A DNA stretch of 64,000 bases from Eledone cirrhosa (taxonomy: Eukaryota), in NCBI GenBank assembly GCA_964016885.1, contig OZ024752.1, positions 23,932,001 through 23,996,000 of the forward strand, in the 5' to 3' direction. Under the pieces are notes generated by a model that saw nothing but the letters and a program-made list of their open reading frames with translations, did not search any database and had not been told where the DNA came from. A program made the position numbers and the translations under genes. Positions 14,171 through 25,513 of this stretch are shown here, in pieces (position 1 is the first letter of the stretch; every line of letters begins with the position of its first letter).

Positions 14171-14957
14171 AATCAAGTTATGTTAGAATCTTTAAAAAGA
14201 TCTTTAAAAAATACCCGTACGAATTAAATACAAAAAAAGTTTCAGTACAAAACAAAAGCAAACTATTTCAAATTATATATTTTTGAAAAAATAGGCATGA
14301 ATGTTCTCAAAGACTTGATTTCAGTCGAAAAAGCTTTTTTTTAAATTCTATATTTCACTGTTAGCTGTTGTAATATTTTGATTGGATAAACAATTCTACA
14401 ATTCAAACTGTAAAGTCAAAATACAAAAGATGTAAAATATGAAGAATTTCTTACCTTTCTCTGAAATCACAAACTCAGGGGAAAAATAGTACATTGCAAA
14501 ATAAAATACTTAGCAACGAATGAATTGAGAAGCTTGGTGACAGTGAGAAAGTAGTATTTGTATCCCTTATATATATATATATATAGATAGATACACAGAC
14601 ACACACGCACACAGACGCGCACACACACACAGGCACACATATACAAACACACACACAAACTTGTGCGTGTGCCTTGGTTTGGGTACAGAAAGAATTTTGT
14701 CTACAGATTTTTATTGCCAAGTCAAAGGCCACTGCTCTTTTCAACAACGCCCCACACATACACACACACACACATATATATAAATGAAGAGAGAAAGAGG
14801 GAGGGACAGAGAGAGTAAGAAATGTGTGTGTGTTTGGTACACATCTATCTATCTATCTCCAACACGGGGGGTCAAACATGCTGCTTGCGAACTACTTTTC
14901 TATGGCCCGTGGTAGAACCAATATTTCATATTGCATTATAACTGGTGAAAATAAGGT

Positions 14958-15146
14958 GTGAGCTGGCGAAATGCTTAACGGTACTTCTTCCGTTTTTACG
15001 TTCTGAGTTCAAATTCTGCCGATCTCAACTTTGCCTTTCTTCCTTTTGGGGCTGATGAATTAAGTACCAGTTGTGTACTAGCGTCAATGTAATCGACTGA
15101 ACCCTAAACCCCAAATGTCATGCCTTGTTCCTATAGTAGAAATGAT
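14958..15146 (+). mobile_element. tRNA-derived SINE
   Basis: gagctggc...gagttcaaattc head and aactttgccttt...taagtaccag body, shared with the other SINE copies. Confidence 0.7.
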
Positions 15147-15299
15147 TATAACAGGTGAAAATCTTCACCCACCACCACATTTGGCCCACTGTGCCTCTCC
15201 TCCAGGATGTAATGGCCCTTTTGTGTCCTTGAGTTTGAGACCCCTCTTCTAAACACACACACACATATATTTTACTTTTTTTCTGTCTCTGGACTATGC

Positions 15300-15515
15300 C
15301 CATGTTGGAGCATCACCTTGGTAAGTTATGGGGACGTATACAAACCAACAAGTATTGGTGGGAGGGCAAACACAAACGCAAAAACACACACAGACATATA
15401 TACGACGGACTTCTTTTAGTTTCGATCTATCAAATCCACTCACAGGGCTTTGGTCGGCCCAGGCAGTGGGACTGAACCCGGAAATATGTGGTTGGGAAGC
15501 AAGCTTCTTGTCACT
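15300..15515 (-). mobile_element. tRNA-derived SINE, degenerate
   Basis: Minus strand carries a gggttcagtccc B-box-like head. Confidence 0.55.
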
Positions 15516-15517
15516 GC

Positions 15518-15595
<78 letters not shown>

Positions 15596-15850
15596 ATAAT
15601 ATATATATTATACACACAGTTACACACACACACATATATATATTTATATATGTATGTATGTAGTTGTTATATAGTAAGGTGTATTATTGGTTGTCATATG
15701 GTCCAATAAACTTTTGTTAGCAATATTAAGTTCTCCACGCTTTTGTATATCTCCAATTCCATTTATAAGTACAGCTAGATGATGTAAAACGGAGTATTTG
15801 TATCAAAATAAAGATCCGAAGGCAAGGTATAAATTTCCAATCATTTTAAT

Positions 15851-15920
15851 CACGACACGTTTCAATAAGGGATAGATCGATCGTGTGGTCATGATCGATT
15901 ATCACTGATCTCATCAGGTG
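15851..15920 (-). ncRNA. Type I hammerhead ribozyme motif in a Penelope-like pLTR remnant
   Basis: Minus strand: cac-CTGATGA-(long stem II)-GAAA-cgtg-TC-gtg. Confidence 0.7.
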
Positions 15921-16105
15921 AATAATGAAATGTCATCAAATCTTTGATATGAGGGAGGAAAAACTAATGACGTTCACTCACTAGAGTTTTGTTCCCCATA
16001 TGAAGAATCAGCAGCCAAAACATGCCAACATTGATATGATCTAGGTGTTCTTTTTTGGTAAGGAGAAAAATTTTGTCGCCAGATTTTATTGCCTAGGGAG
16101 ATTAA

Positions 16106-18672
16106 CCCTTTAGCATTCACATTAATTTTCAAACGTCATGCTTATCTGTTCGCATTTATTTTGAGTTAATCATACTCAAGAGGGTTATCAATTTTATTTG
16201 TTTGTAATTTTCTTAATTTCCTATGTACAGACTTGAAATTTTGTCAGATGTTAAAATATCAATAATTTACAATTGTATATTTTTACCGATTTTCTTTTGT
16301 TAAATTTGACTTTTATGGGCAGGTGGAATTAATTAACAGGTGTAAATGTAATGACTTTATGGATAAACACAAAAATTAAAACTTTATCTGACTTACTGCT
16401 AGATTTGTTACAAAGAATATCCAACAATATCCAACCTAGATATTGACTTCCAACAATTTTAGCACTTTTCCGAACAGGTGAATTAATTTAAAATGAAGGT
16501 ATAATCAGTACACGGTTTTAGTCTGTCTCTACATTTCATGCAAATATTTTCATTGAAAAAATGTATAAAACTCTTTCACCAGTCAAAATAATATTGGCAA
16601 TGTACTCTTACACAATGTACTGAGTAGATTTATATAACAGAATGTGCCTAATATATAAGTTCATTAACAGGTGTGACACAGGTGAATGCAGGTGTTTTTG
16701 TATCTAATGTGTTCCAATATATTTAAAAAATATTTTTTTCAATATTGTCAGACAATATTTCTATCATTGGCCAAAACAGCCTTTACATAATGGCACTTTG
16801 CAAAAAAGAACACATAAATGTGGTTTGAATTCCATAACCTCTAACAGTTTTTCTCTTTTGCAAAGAGCACATTCGGCAAACCTTCTTCCTCCCATTAATT
16901 TTTTCCACTTTGTGAAAATCAATATTTTCCGTGTTTACCTCAGATAATTTTGACTTTCTCCCAGCTTTGTGTTTGCGAGAAGAATATCCTCCACGTAGGT
17001 GAGAGGCAACGTCTACACAAAATTTCATGTGGCAGTAGTCCTTTGGTGGTGGCGGATTCTTGTGGCTTTTAGTGAATACAATAAAAGAATTGACAATGGT
17101 TAAATTCACTAAAAACCACAAGATATATCTCCACCATTTCTTCCCAGGGTGTCCAACTGGGTAGTAGGCGCAATATTGGTCGGATTTGTCAACCCCACCC
17201 ATATATTTATTATAGGAGAGGTTGACTAAAGGTTTACCTTCAGCCCCAACTCCTGGTTGTTCGTTAGACGATAGGAACAAAATTTGCCTCTTGCCTTTAT
17301 ACAATGTGGCTAGCAAGTTCCCTTTTTGCATTTGGAGAATGTCCCCTCTCTTTTTAAATTTTGTGACTTTCATTTCTTGGGGTAGCCCTTTGCGATTCCC
17401 CATTATTATACCACAGGTGTACGTATTTACGAGGGCAAGATCCTCTGCTAGACGCACCGAAGAAAAAAAACGATCAAAATATATGTGCCTGTGTTGAGTG
17501 GAAGGGCTCAGTCAGGGACCACACAACATCGTACCCCAAGCCATATTTTCTCTATCCGTTGTGTTTCTTTCCTGTGTAAACATCAAAATTTACACAGTAG
17601 CCTGTGTCCGATTCACAGATTTCCCACACCTTGATGCCCCATTTAGTGGATTTAGCTGGCATGTATTGTCTAAAATGAATCCTACCCTTATACCCAATCA
17701 TCGCTTCATCAACACTAAGATTTTTCCCAGGTATATACACTGTTCTAAATTTTTCAGAGAGCATTTTAATTACTGGTCGAACTTTATACAGAGGGTCATA
17801 ATTCAAATCATTTCTACCAGGGGCATTTGAAGTATCAACCAGATGCAAATATTGGTTTAATTTCAAATACCTTGTTTTTGGCATAATACTCGATATATAA
17901 GGGTCGCTAAACCTTATATCAGTGCTCCAGTAATTCCACAGTCTTGGAAATTGTTTTATACCAAACATAATGTTTATGGTAAAAAACGCTTGCATCTCCG
18001 CAGCATCTGTAGGTCGCCATAACTGATCGGGTTTTCTTCGATATGAAATCTGCTGTTGGGCATATCGATTCGTCTCTTTTGCCACAACTTCGAAGAAAGT
18101 TTGTGGCAAAAACAAAAAGAAATAATCCAGTGCTTTAGCATCGGGGGCTAATATATGTTGTGGACCAGTATTTTCAACAAAATCGGGAACATATTGGTGT
18201 GGTATTTTTCGACCATGTTGCTGAAATATCTTCAATGGCGCCCTGGAGATCTGCTTCGCTTTCACTTTCAAAATAACAATCATCGTCGGACGAAATTTCA
18301 GAAATATAAACATCAGATTCATTTGATGATATATTACTAATATTATCTTTTGTTTCTTGTTCATTCTGAATGTCGTCGTGTGTAAAACCTTCAAAGTCGG
18401 TATCGCTACTTTCAGAAGCCATGTTGATACAAAAAAAAAAACTGTTCTACTTTCAAAGTTAAAAAAACACGTGTAGTTTTAACTTGTTTCACTATATTAA
18501 GTGTTAATTTTCGCGGTAAGGGCCTAATTTCGCAGTAGTCTCGAATTGACGAGATTTTGATGATGGTTTATTTATTTTTAGAAGGATATTTTAGTGTAGG
18601 TCTTTTCGGGCGATTTCGGGTAGTTTGAACAAATGAAGGGGAAATAATTTGGGCGGTTTGAACACTAAAGAG
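16106..18672 (-). mobile_element. piggyBac element nested in the hAT
   Basis: TTAA at 16102-16105 and 18673-18676. TIRs CCCTTTAGCATTCA and CTCTTTAGTGTTCA, three mismatches. Confidence 0.88.
16783..18422 (-). pseudogene. PGBD4-like piggyBac transposase, frameshifted
   Basis: SVDEAM, YMPAKSTKWGIK, YNKYMGGVDKSDQ and a C-terminal Cys-rich domain. Confidence 0.9.
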
Positions 18673-19319
18673 TTAAATACCGCTGAAAGCTGACCGGGTT
18701 CTCAACCTCATCAAACACTAACGCCAGCCTGTGTGTGTGTGTATGTATGTATGTATGTATGTGTGTGTATGTTCACCACTATTGATTCTTTTTGTTGTCA
18801 TTTCTGTTGAAGTAGTCCTTATTTTCATTCTCTTTGATTTCTTTTGATTTTCTTTTATCTCCCTAGGGAATTCTTTTATTTATTTTCGTTTTTCTTCATT
18901 CAAATCCATTCATACTGGCTGTCTAAGAGACGTACAAATATGACTTATAAAACTTACCAAACTAAAGGGGTTTCAAACGCCCCCCTGGAGCTACGAAACG
19001 CTCCCCCGGGGGCATATGTCCCCCGTTGAGAACCTTTGATCTAAAACCTTCCATCTAAGTTATGCTCAAAACACTAGCTTAATAATGAGAAAGTTATATA
19101 ATTAAATCCCGATTTATTTTCAGTATTATTTGAAAATCATAGACAGTGGCTACTATATATAAATTTCTGCGTTTCTGTCACAAGTAAAGTGAGAAGAGTA
19201 GTTTGACTACCTCATACTACTACTCTCTCTTTACATCTGCCTGCGTGAATGTATGTGTGTGTAAAAGGAAGGAAGAGGAAGCGTGTCTGTGTTTGCACAT
19301 TTATATTTATATACTCATA

Positions 19320-19653
19320 GGCACATGGCTTAGTGGTTAGAGCATTGGCCTTGCAATCGAAAGGTTGTGAGTTCAATTCTCAGACCGGGTGATGTGTTGT
19401 TTCCTTGAGTAAGACACTTTATTTCACATTGCTCCAGTTTACTCAGCTGTAGAAATGAGATGATAGGGACTGGGGTCCCTAGCATTCCACTGCAAAGTGG
19501 TTATGGAGGTGCCACAGCAAAAAAGCACCCAGCACTCATTGTAAATGAGGTTGTGGTTAGGAAGGGCATCCAGCTGTAGAAATCAAGCCACAATCAGTTC
19601 CCGTCCCACCCTTGCAAGCAGGGAAAAGCGGACATAAAATGATGATGATGATG
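19320..19653 (+). mobile_element. tRNA-head SINE with RTE-derived 3' tail
   Basis: A/B boxes (tggcttagtgg, gagttcaattc). Tail ggaagggcatccagctgtagaaa...(GAT)n matches the RTE 3' UTR. 9-bp TSD ATACTCATA at 19311-19319 and 19654-19662. Confidence 0.85.
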
Positions 19654-20600
19654 ATACTCATACATATAAATGTATGCATATGCACACATACATGTCGACT
19701 GAGAAAAAAGTTCTAGTTTATTAAAAATCATCATTCAACATCCATTTTACTATGCTGGCATAGGTTAGAAATATGGTAATGAAAATATGAAATTAAGTTT
19801 ACAGTCCACCTTTGTGTCATTTCCTTTGCCAAAAACAAGTTCTTCATCAGTATGGCTGCTATGTGTTCATCATATTTTAACACAGTAAAATGTTTCTAAA
19901 TTTTTTAACTGTTGCTAAAATACCTAGGGTCATGAATCTTGGGTAATTACCGAAAGAATACGATTGCAAATATAAACGGCCAAAATGTGATTTCTCCGAA
20001 GGATCTTTGGTGTAACATTATTCGATAAAGTGCGTAGCTTGGAGATCAGAGCCACTACTTCTCTAAATTGGCGAAACCAACAGGTAGGAGACCCAAGAGT
20101 ATACCCCGAGCAAGATGGTTGGATAACATCCATGAACTTGGCTGATCATGCTTGGGGATCCAGCCGGATCAGTTGAGGACTCTGCCCCCACGACCCTCTC
20201 AGGAATAAGTGGGTGAAGAAGAAGTTGCTAAAATAAAGACTGCAATATGAATTCAGATTAAGGTTTAAAAAATTTAGTTGCCACAATGCAGATAACCATA
20301 ATAATAGTTGATTATAGTTAAATATATCAGGTAAAGTACCCCTTGATATGGAAAAAGTAGGCATTGGTGCCTCTGAGGAATCAAACCTCACATCTCTTGT
20401 AATCCAGGTATTTGAAAGATGTTTTTCCCACTCATCTCGCCAAAGGATTTGAAACTGATGCTGTATTTGAACTGTATCCTTTACCTTACATTTCCAGTTT
20501 TTTATTAGTTTGGGGAATATTTTTGATAAGTTTAATCATAACGAGGTCTATATTAACCATGTAAAGTGCAACAAAGTTTATATGCAATATATATATATAT

Positions 20601-20805
20601 GCTGTAATGTGGCCGTGTAGGCAACACGGTAAAAACCTCCCAGCCCCACACTGTAAATGTGGTTGGTGTTAGGAAGGGCATCCAGCTGTAGAAAACTCGC
20701 CAGACAGTCCTATGCGAGCAAGACAATCACTCTTGCCTCAAGTGGGAAAACTCCCGTCCAAACCCATGCAAGCGTGGAACACGGACGTTAAACGATGATG
20801 ATGAT
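20601..20805 (+). mobile_element. 5'-truncated RTE, 3' UTR only
   Basis: Near-identical to 44864-45070; ends in (GAT)n; sits in (TA)n. Confidence 0.85.
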
Positions 20806-21177
20806 ATATGGAATGCATCATTCTCTTCAGATTAGAAATATATATATATACTAGTATAGTACCCCATCTACCCCTGTTTTGAAATTAGTGATCCTTCTAG
20901 ACAGCTGCCATCCAAGTTTTTTTTTTATTTTACACACTATTGAATGGGCATTGAATCTCTTCAGTTTCCTTGTCCTTCAACGGGTGTTGTTTTTCATCTC
21001 ACAGGGTATCCATAAATCACTCTCATTAAGTACACTCGGTGGAGTTGCTGGTTTAGTTGCCAAGTACCAGTGTAGGTCAGTGAATTGGTAGAATCGTCAG
21101 TATCTGTGGATTCTGAGGTCAAATCTTACATCTTGTCTCTGGAAAAATTGTGACAAGATAGGACCTGTTATAAATTA

Positions 21178-21363
21178 TAATTGTTTCTACTTTAGGCACA
21201 AGGCCAGCAATTACCCAGTGCATTACTGGTACTTTATTTTATCGACCTCGTAAGGATGAAAGGCAAAGTCAACCTCGGCGGGATTTGAACTCAGATAGTA
21301 AAGGGACGTAACTATGCTAGAAAGCATGACGTCCGACCCTCTACCGATACTGCCAATCCACCA
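21178..21363 (-). mobile_element. tRNA-derived SINE
   Basis: Reverse complement of the 4050-4216 family. Confidence 0.8.
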
Positions 21364-21513
21364 AATACCCTCAAAATCTCTCAGAAGATACATCAGTTAA
21401 ATTTGTGGGCCTTAACATGGATGAGTGGAAGATGATGAACCAGTTTCTAACTGATTAAACAACTTTAACCAACAACACTGTTATCGTCCTAGATCCTTTA
21501 AAAATACCATCAA

Positions 21514-21867
21514 TAGTGAACCCCCAGCATTCACGGTCCTGGTTATTCGCAGAATTTTTCTTAAACCTAACAAATGTTAGTGGAAACCACCGCATATTCG
21601 CAGAATCGTAAATATCTTCTGTGATTTTTTTTTATGGCTTTTTCATGGCAATATATATTTTTTTAATGCTAAATTATTAATAACAATATTCCGTATTTGC
21701 CAGCCTATTGGACGCCCCTTCGCATGAGACGCTCTCCTCTTTTTTAAAAATTATATTTTACATTGTATTTTGACGTTTATAGGCATTTTTATGGACCACA
21801 TCTGTGGTTTTTCACTCTTTGCGGGTTCTCTAGGAATGTAACCCCTGTGAATACCGGGAGACAACTA
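21514..21867. mobile_element. Tigger/pogo-like MITE
   Basis: Decayed TIRs tagtgaacccccagcattcac and gtgaataccgggagacaacta. Confidence 0.55.
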
Positions 21868-22054
21868 TATTTTATTAACATCATCAATGACACTACCATC
21901 ATCATTTTTCTTCATACCTGATCTGTAGAAGTTTCAGCACATTAAATGTATGCCATCTCTTTGTGTTATCTTTCAAATATTATTTCTATAGAAACATCTG
22001 AAAATAATTACATTATTGTATCCTTTCTGAAATATTTGTTTCTTCCAATTTCAG

Positions 22055-22105
22055 ATGTATGAAACTGACTGTTTCGGTGCTTGGATTACTCCAAAGAAGT
22101 TGTGA
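22055..22105 (+). CDS. Terminal coding exon of the same gene (MYETDCFGAWITPKKL*)
   Basis: Pyrimidine tract plus TTTCAG acceptor at 22054. Phase 0, matching the donor at 8843. TGA at 22103-22105 with AATAAA downstream. Confidence 0.7.
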   Translation: MYETDCFGAWITPKKL

Positions 22106-22131
22106 ATCCAGTAAATTTTAGGACTAAAAAT

Positions 22132-22210
22132 AATAAACAAACCTATTCATTTACTTCTGTAAATTCTTTCTCTTACCCAATGAAACATAGATTTAAGCTT
22201 AATAAATAAA
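22132..22210 (+). promoter_or_regulatory. Candidate polyadenylation signals
   Basis: AATAAA at 22132 and 22201/22205, followed by T/GT-rich sequence. Confidence 0.5.
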
Positions 22211-22582
22211 TATCCAATGTTTGTTTTTTGTCTCTAAATAATTTAAACTAAACATCATTTTACATCTGCTTTCCACACTGGCAAGAGTTGGACAGGGTAT
22301 CATGGTCCAAAACCGGACAGTAGTCGTCATCTTGCCCCTGCTTACCATATTGGGCATAGTTTCTATGGCTCTATGCTCTTCCTAATACCAACCACCATAC
22401 AGAGTGTACTGGGTGCATTTTTTTCTGGAACCAGCACTATGATGTCTGAATAAAAGTGTTGCTCAATCAGCTGAATTTAAAGCATTTAAACTTCATTACT
22501 GATACTGATTCTCTACAAGCAGTCTATAATTGAGTTGGGATTAAAAATTGCTGATAGAGTGGAACAACAAATTCAAGTTTAA

Positions 22583-25121
22583 CCCTTTCGTTACCATATT
22601 TCTAACCAAAATACACCCCTTATGTGTTTCAATTAATTTCTAACATAATCATAAATTTAGTCTGGTTTCATTAAACATCTCTAACTTTTTTATTTATCAA
22701 CATATTGTGATTTTTGGAAGAAAATTTAACGAAAGGTTCTCAACCAATTCTATTCCATAATTTTTGTCTCAAAGTGACTCTAATTACAGGTAAATACAGG
22801 TAAATTCAACAAAATATGAAATTATTTAAATTTTGTTCAAACATCGCTATAGAAAATAGGTTATTAGCTAATATTCAATTGGGTATACAACAAAATTTTA
22901 CTATAGAAGAATTGTGCACATTACTGGATTTATCAGGTGAATTTAAACACACAAAAGACAGGTGTACCATAAAGGTATAAATAAAACGAAAGACTGGAAT
23001 TTGTCTGTGAAGAAAACTAGAAAACAAAATACACACACATCATCAACTAGATTAAATAAGCTCTCCCACATACGCAGAAATATACAATAATGATTTACAA
23101 AAGAAATTAATCAAAACTCGTCACTCACCTTACAGGTAAATTAAAATAACAGGTAAATTAAAATTACACATAAAGAAAAATTAAAATGAAGTAAATTTGA
23201 AAATATTAATAAAATAAAATCACACATATATACAAATCAAACAATATTCCTATCATGAAAACTTGTAAAGCACCCTGCTCTACATAATGAAACCTTGCAG
23301 AATGCACATTGGAAAGTTGTTTCAACAGACCTTCCACTAGGAGCTTTCCTTTTTTGATGAAGGCATTCATGACACTGCTTTTTGCAACCCTCGATTTTTT
23401 TTTTTTTTCTAATTTATGGAGATTGGCTGAATTCAGAGGGATATCTCTCTGGCAGGCTTTGGTTTTTCTCCCTACAGTTATTTTTTTTTTTAGGAATAAC
23501 CAGCTCTTAATTGTGTTGCTACATCTGCAGATGGTCACATCGCTTTCGAGCCGGTCCCGATTTGGTATATAGTATAAACGCATTAGTAATACTCATATTT
23601 ATTATATACCAAACAAGGTATCGCCACCATTTATTCCCCGATCTGCCAACTGGATAATAAGACGACATCTGATTCATCCGATCTACACCACCCATATACC
23701 TGTTATAATCGAGATTCACAAATGGGGTGCCATTTTCATCCACATGTGGCCGTGCACAGGTAGACAGAAAATTGATCTGCCTCTTATCTCTGTATGCGGT
23801 CGCTAGCAAATTTCCTTTCTGCCATTGAATTATTTCACCTTTTTTTTTTTTATTTTGCTTTTTTTATATCCAACAGCAGTCCTTTTCTATTAGCGATCAC
23901 TGTAGCACATGTATGTGTTGCCACAGTATCTAAATTCTCCGCAAGTTTGACTGAACTGAAAAACCGGTAAAAAAATAATATACAGCCCTGGTTATGGTAT
24001 GGAAGTGATAAATTCCAGACCACATCATACCCTAGGCCATGCTGACTTAACATAATTGTCTCTTTTGCCAGTATAAAATTCAAATCCAGAGCAGTACCCA
24101 GTATTCGATTCGCAAATCTTCCAAACTTTGAAACCCCATTTTGTGGGCTTTCCTGGCATATATTGTCGAAAACGCACTCAGCCTTTATAGCCCACCATAC
24201 CCTCATCGATAGATAAATATCTCCCTGGTTTGTAAACTGTTTTATATGTGTTTTGAACACAATCAATGAGGGGTCTTATTTTAAATAAGGGATCATAGTT
24301 TGGTTCTCCACGTACTGGTGTATTGCTCGTATCTCTTACATGTAAATATTGTGTCAATTTTAAAAACTGTGTCCTCGTCATTATCACTACTCCAGTAATT
24401 TGTAATTCTGGGTAGCTTTCTAATGCCCATAATAATATTTATGGCAAAATAAGCTCTAATTTCATTTAAGCTTGTGGGAAACCACAAACTATCCTTTTTT
24501 TCGTTTTGTTTACTTTCAGCGTAACGGTTTGTTTCCGCCGTAATAATTTCAAACAAGCTCATAGGAAAAAGTGGGATAGACTGACTTGGTCCAGTTTCTT
24601 CACAAAAATCACTGAAAGAAACAGTTTTTAAATTTTTACTTCATTCAGGTGCCAATTCACTTTCTTTATCGCTGTCATCGGAACTCTCGGATTCACTGTT
24701 TTCACTTTCGGAAAATGAAACATTGGATTCATTATCAAATACCAGGTGCTTTTTTTTTTTTTTTTCAGTTATAGAGTTAGATTTTTCAAGGTCTTCAGTG
24801 GAAAATCCTTCGAATTCTGACTTGCTGCTTGACTGAATAAAATTGGTATCCATTTTTTGTCAGAATTACAAATTTTCAAAACACAACAGGAACAAATTTG
24901 GAGAAAATCTCCCAAAATTCACAGAATTAAAATAACACATCGATCGTTGTTCCTAAGTGTAGCTCAATTGTTTACGTAGTATAATGACGTGTTTTCACGA
25001 ATGTACTAACAAGATTTGCTCTGATATTCTCATTTAAATATGAATGTGTGAGTACGGGCGATTTTGGGTGGCTTGGTCACATGAACCAACATTTTTTTCG
25101 GGCGGTTTGGTAACGAAAGGG
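22583..25121 (-). mobile_element. piggyBac element with perfect TIRs
   Basis: TTAA at 22579-22582 and 25122-25125. Perfect 14-bp TIR CCCTTTCGTTACCA. Confidence 0.93.
23206..24853 (-). pseudogene. PGBD4-like piggyBac transposase, frameshifted and deleted
   Basis: SIDEGM and YNRYMGGVDRMNQ; paralogous to 16783-18422. Confidence 0.88.
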
Positions 25122-25174
25122 TTAAGATAGACATTTGCTGCAACTGATTCAGTTTATTTATTGTTTCGATTTTG

Positions 25175-25512
25175 TATTGATATCAATATTGTTTTGATAT
25201 TATTTCAATATGAAATTCATATTGTTTCAAGATTGTATTTATATAGTTTTGATGTTCTTTTAATAGTGTTTCATTAGTGTATCAATATCGAAACTATTGA
25301 TACAATATTGTATTGGTATTATTTTAATATTTTTGTATGTACCTATTTATCAATATTGTTTTGATATTGTATCAATATATTTTCAATATTGTATCGATAA
25401 TCTTTCTATATTGAATTAACATTTTAAAAATATTTTATCAATATATGGTATCAATATTGAAACAGTATCAAAACTATCCATATAACAACCAAACTATATA
25501 TTGTATCAATAT
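25175..25512. repeat. Degenerate ~11-bp AT-rich minisatellite (TATTGTATCAA)
   Basis: Recurring atcaatattgt / tattgtatc units. Confidence 0.7.
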
Positions 25513-25513
25513 T

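Larger units (their letters stand above)
9659..19038 (-). mobile_element. hAT (Buster/Charlie-type) DNA transposon with nested insertions
   Basis: TIRs CTAAGGTTCTCAAC (9659) and GTTGAGAACCTTTG (ends 19038), one mismatch. Perfect 8-bp TSD ATCTAAAA at 9651-9658 and 19039-19046. Transposase inside. Confidence 0.92.

Noticed and set aside
19320-19395. tRNA gene (similar heads at 39480-39556 and 40409-40480)
   Set aside because: These are tRNA-like heads that continue into SINE bodies and tails, with no clean cloverleaf or terminator.
10252-24853. Domesticated transposase genes (ZBED8, ZMYM1, PGBD4)
   Set aside because: All are frameshifted and lie within TIR/TSD-bounded elements. Some shifts are in homopolymers and could be sequencing errors, but deletions and stops are also present.
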